A stretch of 63,066 bases of DNA, counting the filler, from Ministeria vibrans ATCC 50519 (lineage: Eukaryota; Protista; Filasterea): the NCBI GenBank assembly GCA_943704425.1. It is 7 parts of 7 records of this genome, joined end to end, with 100 filler letters (N's around TTAATTAATTAA, not from the genome) between each part and the next. Parts side by side here need not be neighbours in the genome. Positions count along the whole stretch, not along the records: positions 1 to 15,660 come from CALSCP010000989.1; positions 15,761 to 39,559 come from CALSCP010000245.1; 5 more parts are not named here. One strand, given 5' to 3'. Below, one piece after another: positions 11,278 through 30,500 of this stretch; within the stretch, counting starts at the first letter, position 1; the number at the start of each line of letters is the position of its first letter. The notes beneath the pieces are model-generated. The model was given only the letters and a program-made list of their open reading frames with translations, had not been told where the DNA came from and ran no database searches. The translations under genes and the position numbers were made by a program.

Positions 11278-12219
11278 AGAAATCTATTGATCTATCATGA
11301 TTCATGTCGACCAGCAGCACTTTTACGAATAGGCAACGCCCAGAGTGGTATGATTAATGATCGGCGAGTCACCAAAAATCCCTTTTTTTAAATAGATGCT
11401 AATTGAACTCCCTGCATCCGCCATCCTGGGGTCTGCCGGTCTGCCTGAAAACCCGAAGTGTACAGTTGTTTAACTCGCCTATTTAAATTTGGGGTTTACG
11501 TCTCTTTCACGTTTGTTGAAAAAATTAAACAAGAGTGATTCATTGGGCCTGGAAAGTGTCAAAGTGGAGACTATTACTCAAACTTTTCACTGAAGAGGAC
11601 AAAGCTCGTCCCTCAACCCTGTGAAAGTAAGACTGCGTTCCCAGATGTGCCAACTCGCCTTGTCGCTCGTGAGTTCATTGTTGTCTTTCTTTCTACTTCA
11701 CAACTTCACATTTCATCCATTCTATGCGGCTTCTTACCTCTCAATGGCAGTAGCGCATGTGTATCCTCCATTTCACTTCAAAAGCGTCAAGATACATCCC
11801 GGTATTAGCAGACGTTTTGACGATAAGAACGGGAACGAAACACTCTTCAACTGTCGTCTTCTTGCTCAAATATGTGACGTGAAAATATGCCGTTCGTATC
11901 TACTAGGGTGTGTTCGTTCCAGTACTTTGAATATCTCGTGCTGCACTGCCTTCGTATTTGTGTATTTGTGGCAGACGCCCCAGCTTGACCTTTGGTTTCC
12001 CCACTCTCAATTGCTTTTTCCTTTCGCCTTTCTTTTCGTCCCTTAACGACTGCCTGTCATCACTCACACGTACTGGTATTCCTTAAAACCAGAGTGTGTC
12101 CAAGTTGCATCGCCTGCGTTTTCTTTTCTTCTTCTTCTTGACACAAATGTCGCCCAATCGACATTCCATGTTGTGTGACCTATCAGACTGACATTTGCTT
12201 CTTTTCACTTAGCTTCAGG

Positions 12220-15200
12220 ATGAGTGACGAGCTTTCTTCCAACGGGACCAAGAGCAAGTTTCTGCAAGTTCAAGACGCTCGTAAAGATCTGATCCGCATT
12301 GTAAACAAAGAGACTAGCCCTGACTCGATTCCCTGTTGTAGTGCGAGAGAACTCTCTCGAGAATGTCTTCGAATTACTTGAATTTAATGTCGACAACGAC
12401 AAGTCCGTCCAGGAGTTTCTCACAAGTGTTGGCGGCCCTTCTCTTTTGGACGCCTTCAACATCGCTTTGCAGAATGTTCGTACCAAAGACAATCACACTA
12501 TGTCAGCCTCGTTTCTGAAGCAAGTGAACGCCGGTGGAGATGACGCGTTCCGACGATTCGTCGCGATGGCGGTGTTTCACAGACTATGGGACTTGCGTAA
12601 GGACAAGAACAATGTGAAGAGTGTGACCTGTTTCTGTGTGGTTTCTGTAATCTAAACCCATACATGTGGCGTTTCTCCTCAGGACAACAACACGAAGCGG
12701 CAGCAGCGGCAGCGGCGGCAGCAGCGGCGGCAACAGCGGCAGCAGAAGGTCAGTTGTATCACAGTCATAATTTTGACGCTGATTGTCTTCTCTTCATCCG
12801 TGTCTGACTACCATGTTGCCCTTTTGACCGAGAGAGCGGATGTGTCTTTTTTCTTTGTTGTTCGCATTCCCTATTTCTTTGATCGTACTGTAACAAGTAT
12901 TGTGCCGTGTGGTGTGTCTCATATCATGTCGACTCCCATTGCACTACCATGACTCTTTATTTCCTCTTTCGTTATTACTATTGATGTTCGATCGTCTGTG
13001 TCTTTCTCATTCCGCCTCGCTCGTGCGCGTGCTTCGAGATGTCGACTTCCATTGCACTACCATGACTCTTTATTTCCTCTTTCGTTATTACTACTGATGT
13101 TCGATCGTCTGTGTCTTTCTCATTCCGCCTCGCTCGTGCGCGTGCTTCGAGATTGATGTGTTTCCCGTTGTTGTGTGTTCCTTTACGCTCTGGCCTATTG
13201 TAGAGGACGAACGACTTGCGCTAGTGTTGGCCAAAAGGCTCGGTGGCGGTACTCCTGATGAGTATATCGGAATGGCGAAAGAGTTCGTTCCTACTCTGCG
13301 TGCAGACCAACGATCCACCGATGAGCAAGCTCTCAAATTGTTCTCGGCGCACTACGGAAGACTCGAATATGAAGCGAACCGTACGAATATTGCGATCATT
13401 CGCTGTCATAATTATAATTATTATAGTTATTATAATGATTATTATTCTCATCCCTCCTCCTCATTGTTTGTAGACCCCCCGCGTCTGGATCCACTTCCTC
13501 CGCTCGGTGTTCGGACGCAGTCGAACTCTTCCTACTCATTGAGAGACGACGTGGAGCCCGTAACTCCTGCCGACCCTGTGTTGGAGTTTGTACCGCTGAA
13601 CCTGTCATGGGTACCTGGTCTCTCACTGATTTCGTTTGAAGAGCTCAAAAAGGTCTCGCAGGCGTTTGAAGAATTCCCTCAATTCTGACAACTGACATTT
13701 GAATCATTTTTCTTTTCTCACTGTCGACTGCAGTGGCAGAACGAGACGAACATCAACTTGCTTCTATCACGTGCGATGGAGGATGCGGGGAAGTCCATCC
13801 CACCCAAACACCGACCTGACGAGCTTAAAATTCGACTCGAGGCATGCCTCATCTCTACTCAGGTCACTGACGTGCTAGCTGTCGGTTACGCCAATGAGAC
13901 CCCTCTTGTGCCTCTTGAAGGAAAAGTTCCGGCCAACACCAAAGCCGCAGGCAAGTTAGGAAAAGATGTGGATGCGCCGTTGCACCCCAAGGTTGTCGGG
14001 CAACTGTTCAACTACATGAGATACACGTGGTAAGTTGCTGAGTGTGCACCCTTTTAATATTTAACCCATTCTTTCTTATTTACTCTGCGTAGTCGAATGT
14101 ACGCGGGCGCGTGGGTCTTTGGCGTGGCCAGCACCTACAAGAAGTGGCGCATTTTTGGGATGCAGTTCAAGCCGAGCGTGAACGCGTCCAATGGCCGGTC
14201 TATCGTCGAGAATGTGGCGGCAGCGTCAACTATGGAGGAGCTGGAGATGTGCCATGTCGACGCAAAAGAGCATTTGTGTGGTTTGCCCAGTGGACAGCCG
14301 TTCACTGACGGTCCCTCTCTTGTTGAGTATCTAAAAGCTCGTCCTGCTCCTGTACACGCGAACCCCGTGGGAACAGGCACCAGGCAGACAATCGAGATGC
14401 AAAGCGACGAGAAAGTCTATGCGTCTCGCCTGTACGACCATGACGACCCCCTTCTGCGCTCTGTTCTCTCTAGTGTCATTGTCAAAGCTGCGCACGCCCC
14501 ACGCGTCTCGCTGGACTTTGCCAACTCCGTTCGGTTTGTCTACCAACCGTCTCAGCCGTCGGCGTGGATGCAGGTCACCATCGACGCGCAGCACCTCTAT
14601 CTCCACACACCTGACCCGTCGTACAAGGGTCCCATTGTGGTGCTTTATCATCTTGGAGCGGGACTTGGTGGAATTGTGTGTCTTTGTCTGGCCGACACAT
14701 GTGTGTTCGCCGTGAAGTTTCCTCGTCGGCCGTCTATGAAAGGTAAGGGTTATGTATGGAGTTGACCAAGATGTTTATATTTTTTACTTTCTTATTATTG
14801 ATATTAATTTATTATTATAATGGGTTGTATTTTTCTTCGTATTATTAGTATTATTAGAGTGATTAATAATAGTATATTCTTTTATTGACGATTGATTTGT
14901 TACTGTTGTTTTTTGTTTTTGTTTTGAAGAGTGTATGGAACGGAGTTACAGCGAACAGGACATCTCGGAGCTGTTCAAGAAGCAAATGGACACGGAAGTG
15001 GCGGCTTGGCATGCCGTGAACAACGAGGTGGAGAGCAAGTTTGGGGCGGCGAGGTAGGAACACTGATGTAGTTAGTGACTGGCGTTCTTTCTTCATGTCA
15101 ACTCACCTTGATGGGCGTAGTGTAAAAGTCCTTGACGGTGTACCTTGCCTCGTGATGCCAGCACTGCTTCCACTCCTTTCCAACCATGAGGTCGTAGAGA

Positions 15201-15373
15201 GTGTCATTGATGGACTTCAGAAAGCGGCTGACAACGCCGGGTTTGTGCACAATGACGTGAGCCGCAAGAACATCATGCGAGTGCCAGGGGGCGGCGACAG
15301 TGACTATGTGCTGATTGATTTTCATTTGGCTGAGGAAAAGCCTCTGGCTGGTCGTGTGGAAAATGTATTATGA
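12220..15373 (+). CDS. Crinkler-like effector: helical N-terminus + PD-(D/E)xK nuclease-like domain + C-terminally truncated protein kinase, multi-exon
   Basis: Nuclease motifs TDVL...LEGK...VGQLFNYM...FGVASTYKKWRIF. Kinase motifs LGAGLGG, FAVKF, FVHNDVSRKNIM and LIDFHLA. Confidence 0.7.
12927..13152. repeat. Tandem duplication of about 113 bp in an intron (2 copies)
   Basis: tgtcgact(c/t)ccattgcactaccatgactc...gtgcttcgaga occurs twice head-to-tail. Confidence 0.9.
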
Positions 15374-15596
15374 GGTGATTATATAAAAATGTAGCAATGT
15401 GAAAAATGTAATAAAGAATACAAACCAAAGGTAAACATATAATAGAGAAAAGGGGGAAATGAGAGCTCTCGTCAATGTCAACCAACACTGCAAAGTAAAC
15501 AACTCAGGACTAGCATACAGGATTTAGGAGGAATAAATGAAGTCAAAAGATTACTCAAGAAAGAGAGGGAGAGTAAAGAATTAAGAACAACCTTGA

Positions 15597-15660
15597 GACC
15601 AGCACACTGCTGCAAGGAGAAGAAGAAGGCGCACTGTCAGGAGAAGAAGGAGAAGAAGAA
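15597..15660 (+). repeat. Diverged direct copy of 11181-11255 (RPP38-like last exon)
   Basis: cactgctgcaag..gagaagaagaaggcgcac(c/t)gtca(a/g)gagaagaaggagaagaagaa is present at both sites, with a deletion of about 10 bp in this copy. Confidence 0.85.
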
Positions 15661-15760
15661 NNNNNNNNNNNNNNNNNNNNNNNNNNNNNNNNNNNNNNNN
15701 NNNNTTAATTAATTAANNNNNNNNNNNNNNNNNNNNNNNNNNNNNNNNNNNNNNNNNNNN
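15661..15760. other. Artificial contig linker N44-TTAATTAATTAA-N44
   Basis: Six-frame stop linker inside an N run. The same linker occurs at 39560-39659, 53350-53449, 58238-58337, 59846-59945 and 61966-62065. Confidence 0.95.
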
Positions 15761-15835
<75 letters not shown>

Positions 15836-15841
15836 GTACAT

Positions 15842-19398
<3,557 letters not shown>

Positions 19399-19806
19399 GG
19401 TAGAGCGGACCGTGCTCCAAAGTACAATATATTTTGACTTTTGACTTTTGAGGTTTCAATTTATTTTTCAAAAGTGAGTTCTTGATAAATAAAATTTGAA
19501 CTTTGAAGAATTACAAAAAAAAACCGAATAGAGTGTTGTACTCATTACTCTGTCTTTGCTCAACATTTTGGTCTTCTTCTTCTTCAATAGTTCTCTATGT
19601 ATTTTCTTAATTCATTCTGTTGGAAGTTTGAAGAATTGTTATTATTATATTGTAATGACTACTGTTCCATTATTTAAATCGTACTAAGGAATAAGCACGT
19701 AAGAGAGGTTTCTAAACTGCACTTTCTCTCTGATACGATATGAAACGGGGATTGTTTGCTGCAATTTTTACACGACGAACACATTTGGTCGCTCACTCAA
19801 TAAGTG

Positions 19807-24057
<4,251 letters not shown>

Positions 24058-24123
24058 TGTTTGAAATAAAATTGAAATTGACTATATTTTATGTTAGTTT
24101 ATTCTTTCTTTCTTTGAAAAAAA

Positions 24124-25298
24124 ATGTTTGAATCGATTTTTGGACACAAGAAAACTCCAGAGGAGATTTTGAGACAGCACCAGGTTCGACTAAAATGTGC
24201 GTGTGCTTTTTTTTGTGTTTGAACTGTTTTATTTTTCTGTCTCACTCTCTCACTCACTCACTCTCTCTCTCTTTCGTCTCTCTCTTTGGGGTTACAGCGG
24301 GCGTTAACGAAAGCCATGCGAGAGCTTGACCGAGAGCGGGCCAAGATGGAGACACAGGTGGGTGTGGGTGTGCCGTTGCGTGCGCGCGAGAGCGGTGTGT
24401 GCGCTTCGACCGGTCGGCTCTTGGGGGGTCGTCCCAACACGTCTCACACAGCCCGTCTCATTCCTCTTTGTTTTCGCCATTCTTGCCCGTCCCTGTAGGA
24501 GAAGAAGATCATTGCAGACATTAAGAAGAGTGCAAAAGCCAACCAAATGGTATGCGCAAGTTGAAAAGTGGTCAAAACGGTTTCTTTTTTGGGTTGAACA
24601 CTTTCTCGTTTTTTTTTTTTTCTTCTTCTTCTTCTTTTTCTCCTCTCTCTCTCTCTCCCGTCTGTTGCGCAGGACGCCGCGAAGATCATGGCAAAGGACC
24701 TGGTGCGCACGCGTCGGTATGTGAAGCGGTTCATTATGATGAAAGCACAGATTCAGGCAGTCTCATTGAAGATCCAGGTACTGCGAATGGGAAGGACCCG
24801 CTCACACTCACACGGCGTCTTGTGGGGCGTGGGGGGTGTGTAGACATTGAAATCAACACAGACCATGGCTAAGGCCATGAAGGGCGTTACAAGTGCCATG
24901 AAGATGATGAATGGGCAAATGAATTTGCAGTCCATCCAGAAAATCATGTAAGGCCAAAGCGTGCAACTGTGCGCACGCTTATACTGTTTCACGCTGACAC
25001 TAGGATGGACTTTGAGAAAGAGTCTGAGATTATGGACATGAAGGAGGAGATGATGAACGACACGATTGACGACGTGATGGGCGACGAGGAGGACGAGGCG
25101 GAGAGCGACAACATTGTGAATCAGGTGCTGGACGAGATTGGCATTGACATGGGCCAGAAGATGGCCGATGCACCCATTGCGCCGACGCCCGAGCAGCAGG
25201 CTGCTGCGCACGCTGACGCTGGGACTGCCCGACAGCCGGTCGCTGCCGATGCCGATGCCGATTTGCAGGCGCGTCTTGACAACCTCAGGAGGGATTGA
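24124..25298 (+). CDS. CHMP2A: ESCRT-III subunit CHMP2A/Vps2
   Basis: MFESIFGHKKTPEEILRQHQRALTKAMRELDRER...MAKDLVRTRRYV...MDMKEEMMNDTIDD...DLQARLDNLRRD. Confidence 0.95.
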
Positions 25299-25412
25299 TT
25301 TTGACCAATGATCCAATACAAGGACGCAGTCTGCTGTGGTTGTGACCGAGTCTTCTCTTTCGTGTGTGCGTGATTTTGATCTTTTGATGTACAAAGGGGG
25401 GTTGTCTTTCTT

Positions 25413-26209
25413 TTACAGTACGTCGGGCGAGGGCTTCGTTGGTTTGTAAATGCCATCAAAGGGAATGGCGGTGAGGCGTCCATTGATTGGGATGTGGTCG
25501 AGTGCAGATGGATCGTCGACATCGAGGATCTTGCGCGCCACGAGTGGCTTGGGGAGCGCAGGCGCAGCGGCGACATTGACGACAGTCACCTGGCGACGAC
25601 CCACACAGCGACCAGACGTCGCCAGACGCTTGGTAAACCGCACCTGGCCGCGTACCAGCGCATGCAGGGTGTGATCCTGGCCCGCCATGACGTTGAGGCC
25701 GGGCTTCCACGCAAGGCCGAGCTGCAACAGGCAAAGAGGGAAAACGGTGAGATGGAAATGTCTTCGCGGGTGCTTCAACGCCCAACAAGAAACGCAAGCA
25801 GACGCTTGGAGGAGGCGTTGGAAGACCACGTGAGAGGGGTAGGAACAGTGGGGGTTCATTGAGTCAAAGGGAAAGGAGAGAAAACCGTTCTTCTTTTTTT
25901 TTTTTTTTTATGACTTGTTTCGTACCTGTTNNNNNNNNNNAAAGAAATAAATGTCATCACCATTATTACAATTCAATATAATCATGACTTGTTTCGTACC
26001 TGTTTGACAAGAACATTACCGGGCTCCACCCATTCACCCTCAAACTTCTTGACACCGCGTCTCTTTCCCTTGGGGCCAGGGCCCTGTCTGTTTCGCGATT
26101 TGCCAGAACTCATCTTCTTTGCCATTCCTCGCGTTCCCAGCGCTGCCGCCGCCATCGCCTCAAGGGGACGACGTTGTACGATTCGCGTCGTGAGCGCCAC
26201 AAGGAACAT
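25413..26209 (-). CDS. MRPL27: Mitochondrial ribosomal protein bL27m
   Basis: Transit-like N-terminus, then AKKMSSGKSRN...KRRGVKKFEGEWVEPGNVLVKQ / LGLAWKPGLNV...DHTLHALVRGQVRF. Confidence 0.88.
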
Positions 26210-26419
26210 CGAGATCAAAAGGAAATATGTATTTTAGACTTTAGTTTTAAGTTTTTCAATGGAATGGTTTAAATTGTTTATTCGTTAGTTTTATTTTATT
26301 TTTCCGTTTCTCTTTCCAACTTCTCTCAACCTGTTTGTTCAAGGGCATTTAATCACCTGTAGCTCTTTCTTCACACTCCCACACCTCTTTGAGACTGTTT
26401 TGTACTCTCTATTTTTAGC

Positions 26420-27104
26420 ATGAGCGATCCCAAAATTTATGTGGTCGAGTGTCCTGCTGAAGTGTCCACTGTGGCGCTGCACGAGCCGCTGAAGACCTTT
26501 CTTGCGGGAGGTACCTGTCTTACATGGATACTATCCATGCTCCTCCACACCGATTCCTCGTAGCCTTGCGATACAATCATCATATTGAATTGTGTTTATA
26601 GGAATCACTGGTTGTCCTGACTGGCAAACACACATTGTATCGCTCATTCGAGCGCGTGAAACAGAGCTGCAGCATCACCATATTCTCTTGAATCCGCGAC
26701 GAGCTGAGTTTGACATTAATGACGCGACAATTTCGACGAAGCAGGTGAAAAAGACGCACTATTGTGTTATGTTATGTCTGAGGCGTTTTGTCTCATGTTT
26801 CTCCCTTGCTATCTAGATTGAATGGGAACATGCGTACTTGAATGATGCTTCGTCTATTCTTTTCTGGTTCCCGTCGGAAACGCTGTGTCCTATCACTCTT
26901 TTCGAGCTGGGTGCACATCTGTACAAGACCAGCGACATACCAATTTTCATCGGGTGTCATCCTGACTATGCGCGTCGTCATGATGTCATTGTGCAGGCTC
27001 GTCTTGTGCGTCCCAGTGTGTGTGTAGTTGACTCGCTCGATGCGCTCGTCGAGCAGTTTGTCACCTGGTCCAAGAGTGCGACTGCGCCGCCGCAGTCATT
27101 CTGA
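26420..27104 (+). CDS. Nucleoside 2-deoxyribosyltransferase-like protein (Nuc_deoxyri_tr2-type), 3 exons
   Basis: FLAGGITGCPDWQ...LLNPRR...QIEWEHAYL...ILFWFPSETLCPITLFELG...IGCHPDYARRHDVIVQ. Confidence 0.8.
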
Positions 27105-27516
27105 ATTCCATCATGTAGAATATACAATACTATAATAATAATTATTATAATTATTATTATTATTGGTTTTGTCTTGCTTGTTGTTGACTGAGTCATTGTC
27201 TCACTTACGTGCCATTAATATTGAGAACGGAGACGTAGTACTATTGGATTTTGCATTGCATTCCCTTCTCTTCTCTCGCTCTACAACTGTTCCGGCGAGC
27301 CCAACCGCGATCTCTCGCCTTCCAACTCTAGTCCCATTCAATACACGTCGTTTTGACCGGTTTCTCTTTTGTTCATGATACAATTTGGCATTCGCACGTG
27401 TATTATTTTTAACTAACGGGATATCACTCTTCTCTTTCTCTCTCTGTCTCTCTCTGTCTCTCTCTGTCTCTCTCTGTCTCTGTATCTTGGGGTTCTCTAT
27501 CAGTCTCTTTTCACCA

Positions 27517-30500
27517 TCAGAATCCATCGTCCGGTCTAGGAAGTGCAGCAAAGAAGTCGACAAAGCGAGTGGTACGCGAGATGAGGGCCTTCGTGGCCTT
27601 GTCCAGGGCAATGTCGGTGCGCTTGCCGTCGAACCAGGCCGAGGCAAACTTGGCAAAGGAGGTGGCGGAGTCGCGGAAGGAGTCGGCCTGGTCCACGGCC
27701 AGCATAGCACTCATGGAGTTCTTCTGCTGCTGCACAGGACACAACGATGCGCCCATGGCCGCCATCTCGTTCATCGTCTGCATCACATCGCCCGCCAGAT
27801 CATTGACCTTGTCGCGATCGCCCGCCTTGATCGCATCCGACATGCGCTTCGACAGCGTCGTCGCCACCTTGTCACCTGCATTGGCCATCCAGCGTGCCTC
27901 ATCGTCACGAATCGTCAGCATGAAAGCAGGGTCGCTTGCCGCCGAGGCTTCGTGTACGCGCAGTGGCGGTGGACCCGACTTGCTCGCTGTGCGATGCACC
28001 TTTTTGTACTCCGTGGAGCGGTTCACATCGGACACGGACGACAGCGACACGTTCATGGGCTGCAGTGGGCCGCCCGATGAGTGAGGCGGAGGCGGTGGTG
28101 AGGCCGGTGGAGGTGGCGGTGGTGGTGCATCACCAGTGGGTGCCGGCGGAGGGGCAGGCGGTGGGGGTGGGGGACCATCAACCGGTGGAGGTGCGGGTGG
28201 AGGCGGTGGGCCATCGTCGCCTGCTACAGCGAGCGGTGCGGGAGGTGGAGGTGGAGGTGGAGGTGGACCAGCACCATCGCCGGGTGGTGCAGGGGGTGGT
28301 GGTGGTCCTGGAGGCGGCATGGCGGCTGTGGACTCGTCTGCAAGTGGAGCAGGTGGCGGTGGTGGCGGTGGTGGACCAGATGCGTCCTCGACGGGAAGCG
28401 GTGGCGGAGGCGGAGGTGAAGAAGACAGTAACGGATTGCTGCGCGAGACGACTTCGCGTGCAGCAAATGCAAGGGGCGCTTGCGTCTTAAAGTCTTGGTT
28501 CTGGGCAGTGAGCGACTCAGACCTGTCCTTGACCTTGTCAGGATCACCCGTATAGATATCCTCGTCGACTGCGGCCGCCTGTACTGTGGGCCACTTCTTG
28601 ACGGGCTTCGCCTTGCCATCTTCAATCGCCTGCTTGGTTAGCTTGCGACCACCCTGGACGTCCTCTTCACGCGGGGGCTGTGGCAGAGGCGTCTTCTTTT
28701 CGACAAATCGCTTCGACTTGAGACGGTCCTCCATGCGATTGAGCGTGCGCGCGTCCACCGATAAAATCTTCTGGATCTCCTCTTCGCTAGGCTCGGTGCG
28801 TTCTTGACGCTGAATGCGCAATGCCGACGAGAGTCCCGAGCCGGATGCGACGGCGGCGGCCGCAGCTGCAACGGGTCCGTGCGGGGGCAGGTCGTGGCCA
28901 GCGGCACGCTTAAACTCGCGCGTTGTCTCGTCCTCGGTCCACTTGACCGCGTTCGGGTCGGTCACGTCCTCGCCCAGGTCGAACTCTTGCAGTGCCAGGA
29001 GTGTGTTGGGCGACACGGCTGCAATCTCAGACTTGAGCTCGTTGACGTGGTGCGTCAGACGTGCCTTGTCCTCCTTCAGCTTCTCAATTTGTGGATTCTG
29101 CTCTTCGAGTCGTCGGCGCAGATTCGCCAGCTCACGCTCCTTCTTCGCCAGCATAATCCGATGTTCGTTGGCTGCCTGTTTCTCACGCTCCAACAGCACA
29201 TCCGGGTCAAACTCGTCGACGCCCAGCGACGAGTCAGGCGCCGCAAAAACCGTCTGTTGTGACATACGTGAACCGACCGCAAAGTGGGGTGACAGTGTCG
29301 ACGGCGACAACAGCGACGGATTGACACCGTTGGGGTGCTTGCCGTCGCTCGAACTCCCACCGGCCGGCATTGGGGCTGCGCCACTGTGGAATGCCGCGAG
29401 TTCTCGCTCGAGTTCCACCAAACGTCGCATCATCGTCTTGCGCTCCTGGCCCAACGTGTTGATTTCCTCGCGCATCAATCGAGCCTCCTGCAGCGAACCG
29501 GGCGGCGCCGCCTTCTTCTTGTTCTTCTTCATGTCCTTGCGGTTCACCGTGTTCGCCAGATACAGCTCAATGGTCTCCTCCTTCTTTGCCTCGAGTCGAT
29601 CCACCGTCTTTTGCAGCATGACCTTTTTGTTCTCGAGCCTTGCCACGTCCTGCTGGAGCTTGTCTCTTTGCTGGCGGATAGACTCGCGTTCACCCTCGTG
29701 AGCGTCATCTCGCGAATGAATACGCAGCAGTTCGGCCTTGAGCGCACGGTTTTCGGCAAGTACCGCCTCCATGTCGGCCGAGACGACGACTGGGCCTGCA
29801 GAAGCAGCACCGCCGCTGGCCGACTCGGCCTCGGTGGATGGCGGTGGCGGTGGCGGTGGCGGTGGGGGCGGTGGTGGTGGCACATCATCGGCATCGCGCT
29901 GCGATGTGATGGTGGGCACAATGATGGAGGGTCCGCGGGACGCCGGCTTGGTCTTTTTGGGCGGCGGTACCTTGCTGGTGGGGGGCGTGGTGGAATCGTT
30001 GAGGACGACGATGGGTGGAGCAGGGGGCGGTGGAGGGGGAGGGCCGCTGTTGCTGGCCGGTTCTTCGACGGGTGGTGGTGGTGGAGGAGGAGGTGGAGGA
30101 GGGGACGCAGACGCGGACGCAGATGTTGACGTGGTGGCAGCTGCGGATGCAAACACCGGAGGAATAACAGATGTTCTGTTTTTGCCGCGCGCTGCTGCAT
30201 TTTCAGGGGTAGTCGCTTCACGTTCCTTCTTTTCGCGCAGAACACGTTCACGGGGGTCTTCGTGAGCCTTCTTTTCGAGGTCATTAAAACGGCCCATGAT
30301 GTTCGAGAGCCCAATGCTACTGGCGCGCACCGAGGCAGACTCACTCAAGACGGGTGCTCTTTCTGTTTCTTCAACCTCGGCGGGAGCGGCCAGGGGAGCT
30401 GGAGGTGCTGGTGGGGGAGGAGGTGGTGGAGCAGACGACGTTGAGGCGGCAACAACAGTCGCGGTCGCTACACTGGCTGCCTTGGACTTTTCCGTCTCCT

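Noticed and set aside
25909-26004. Duplicated MRPL27 exon end on both sides of a 10-N gap
   Set aside because: This looks like a scaffolding overlap or haplotype artefact.
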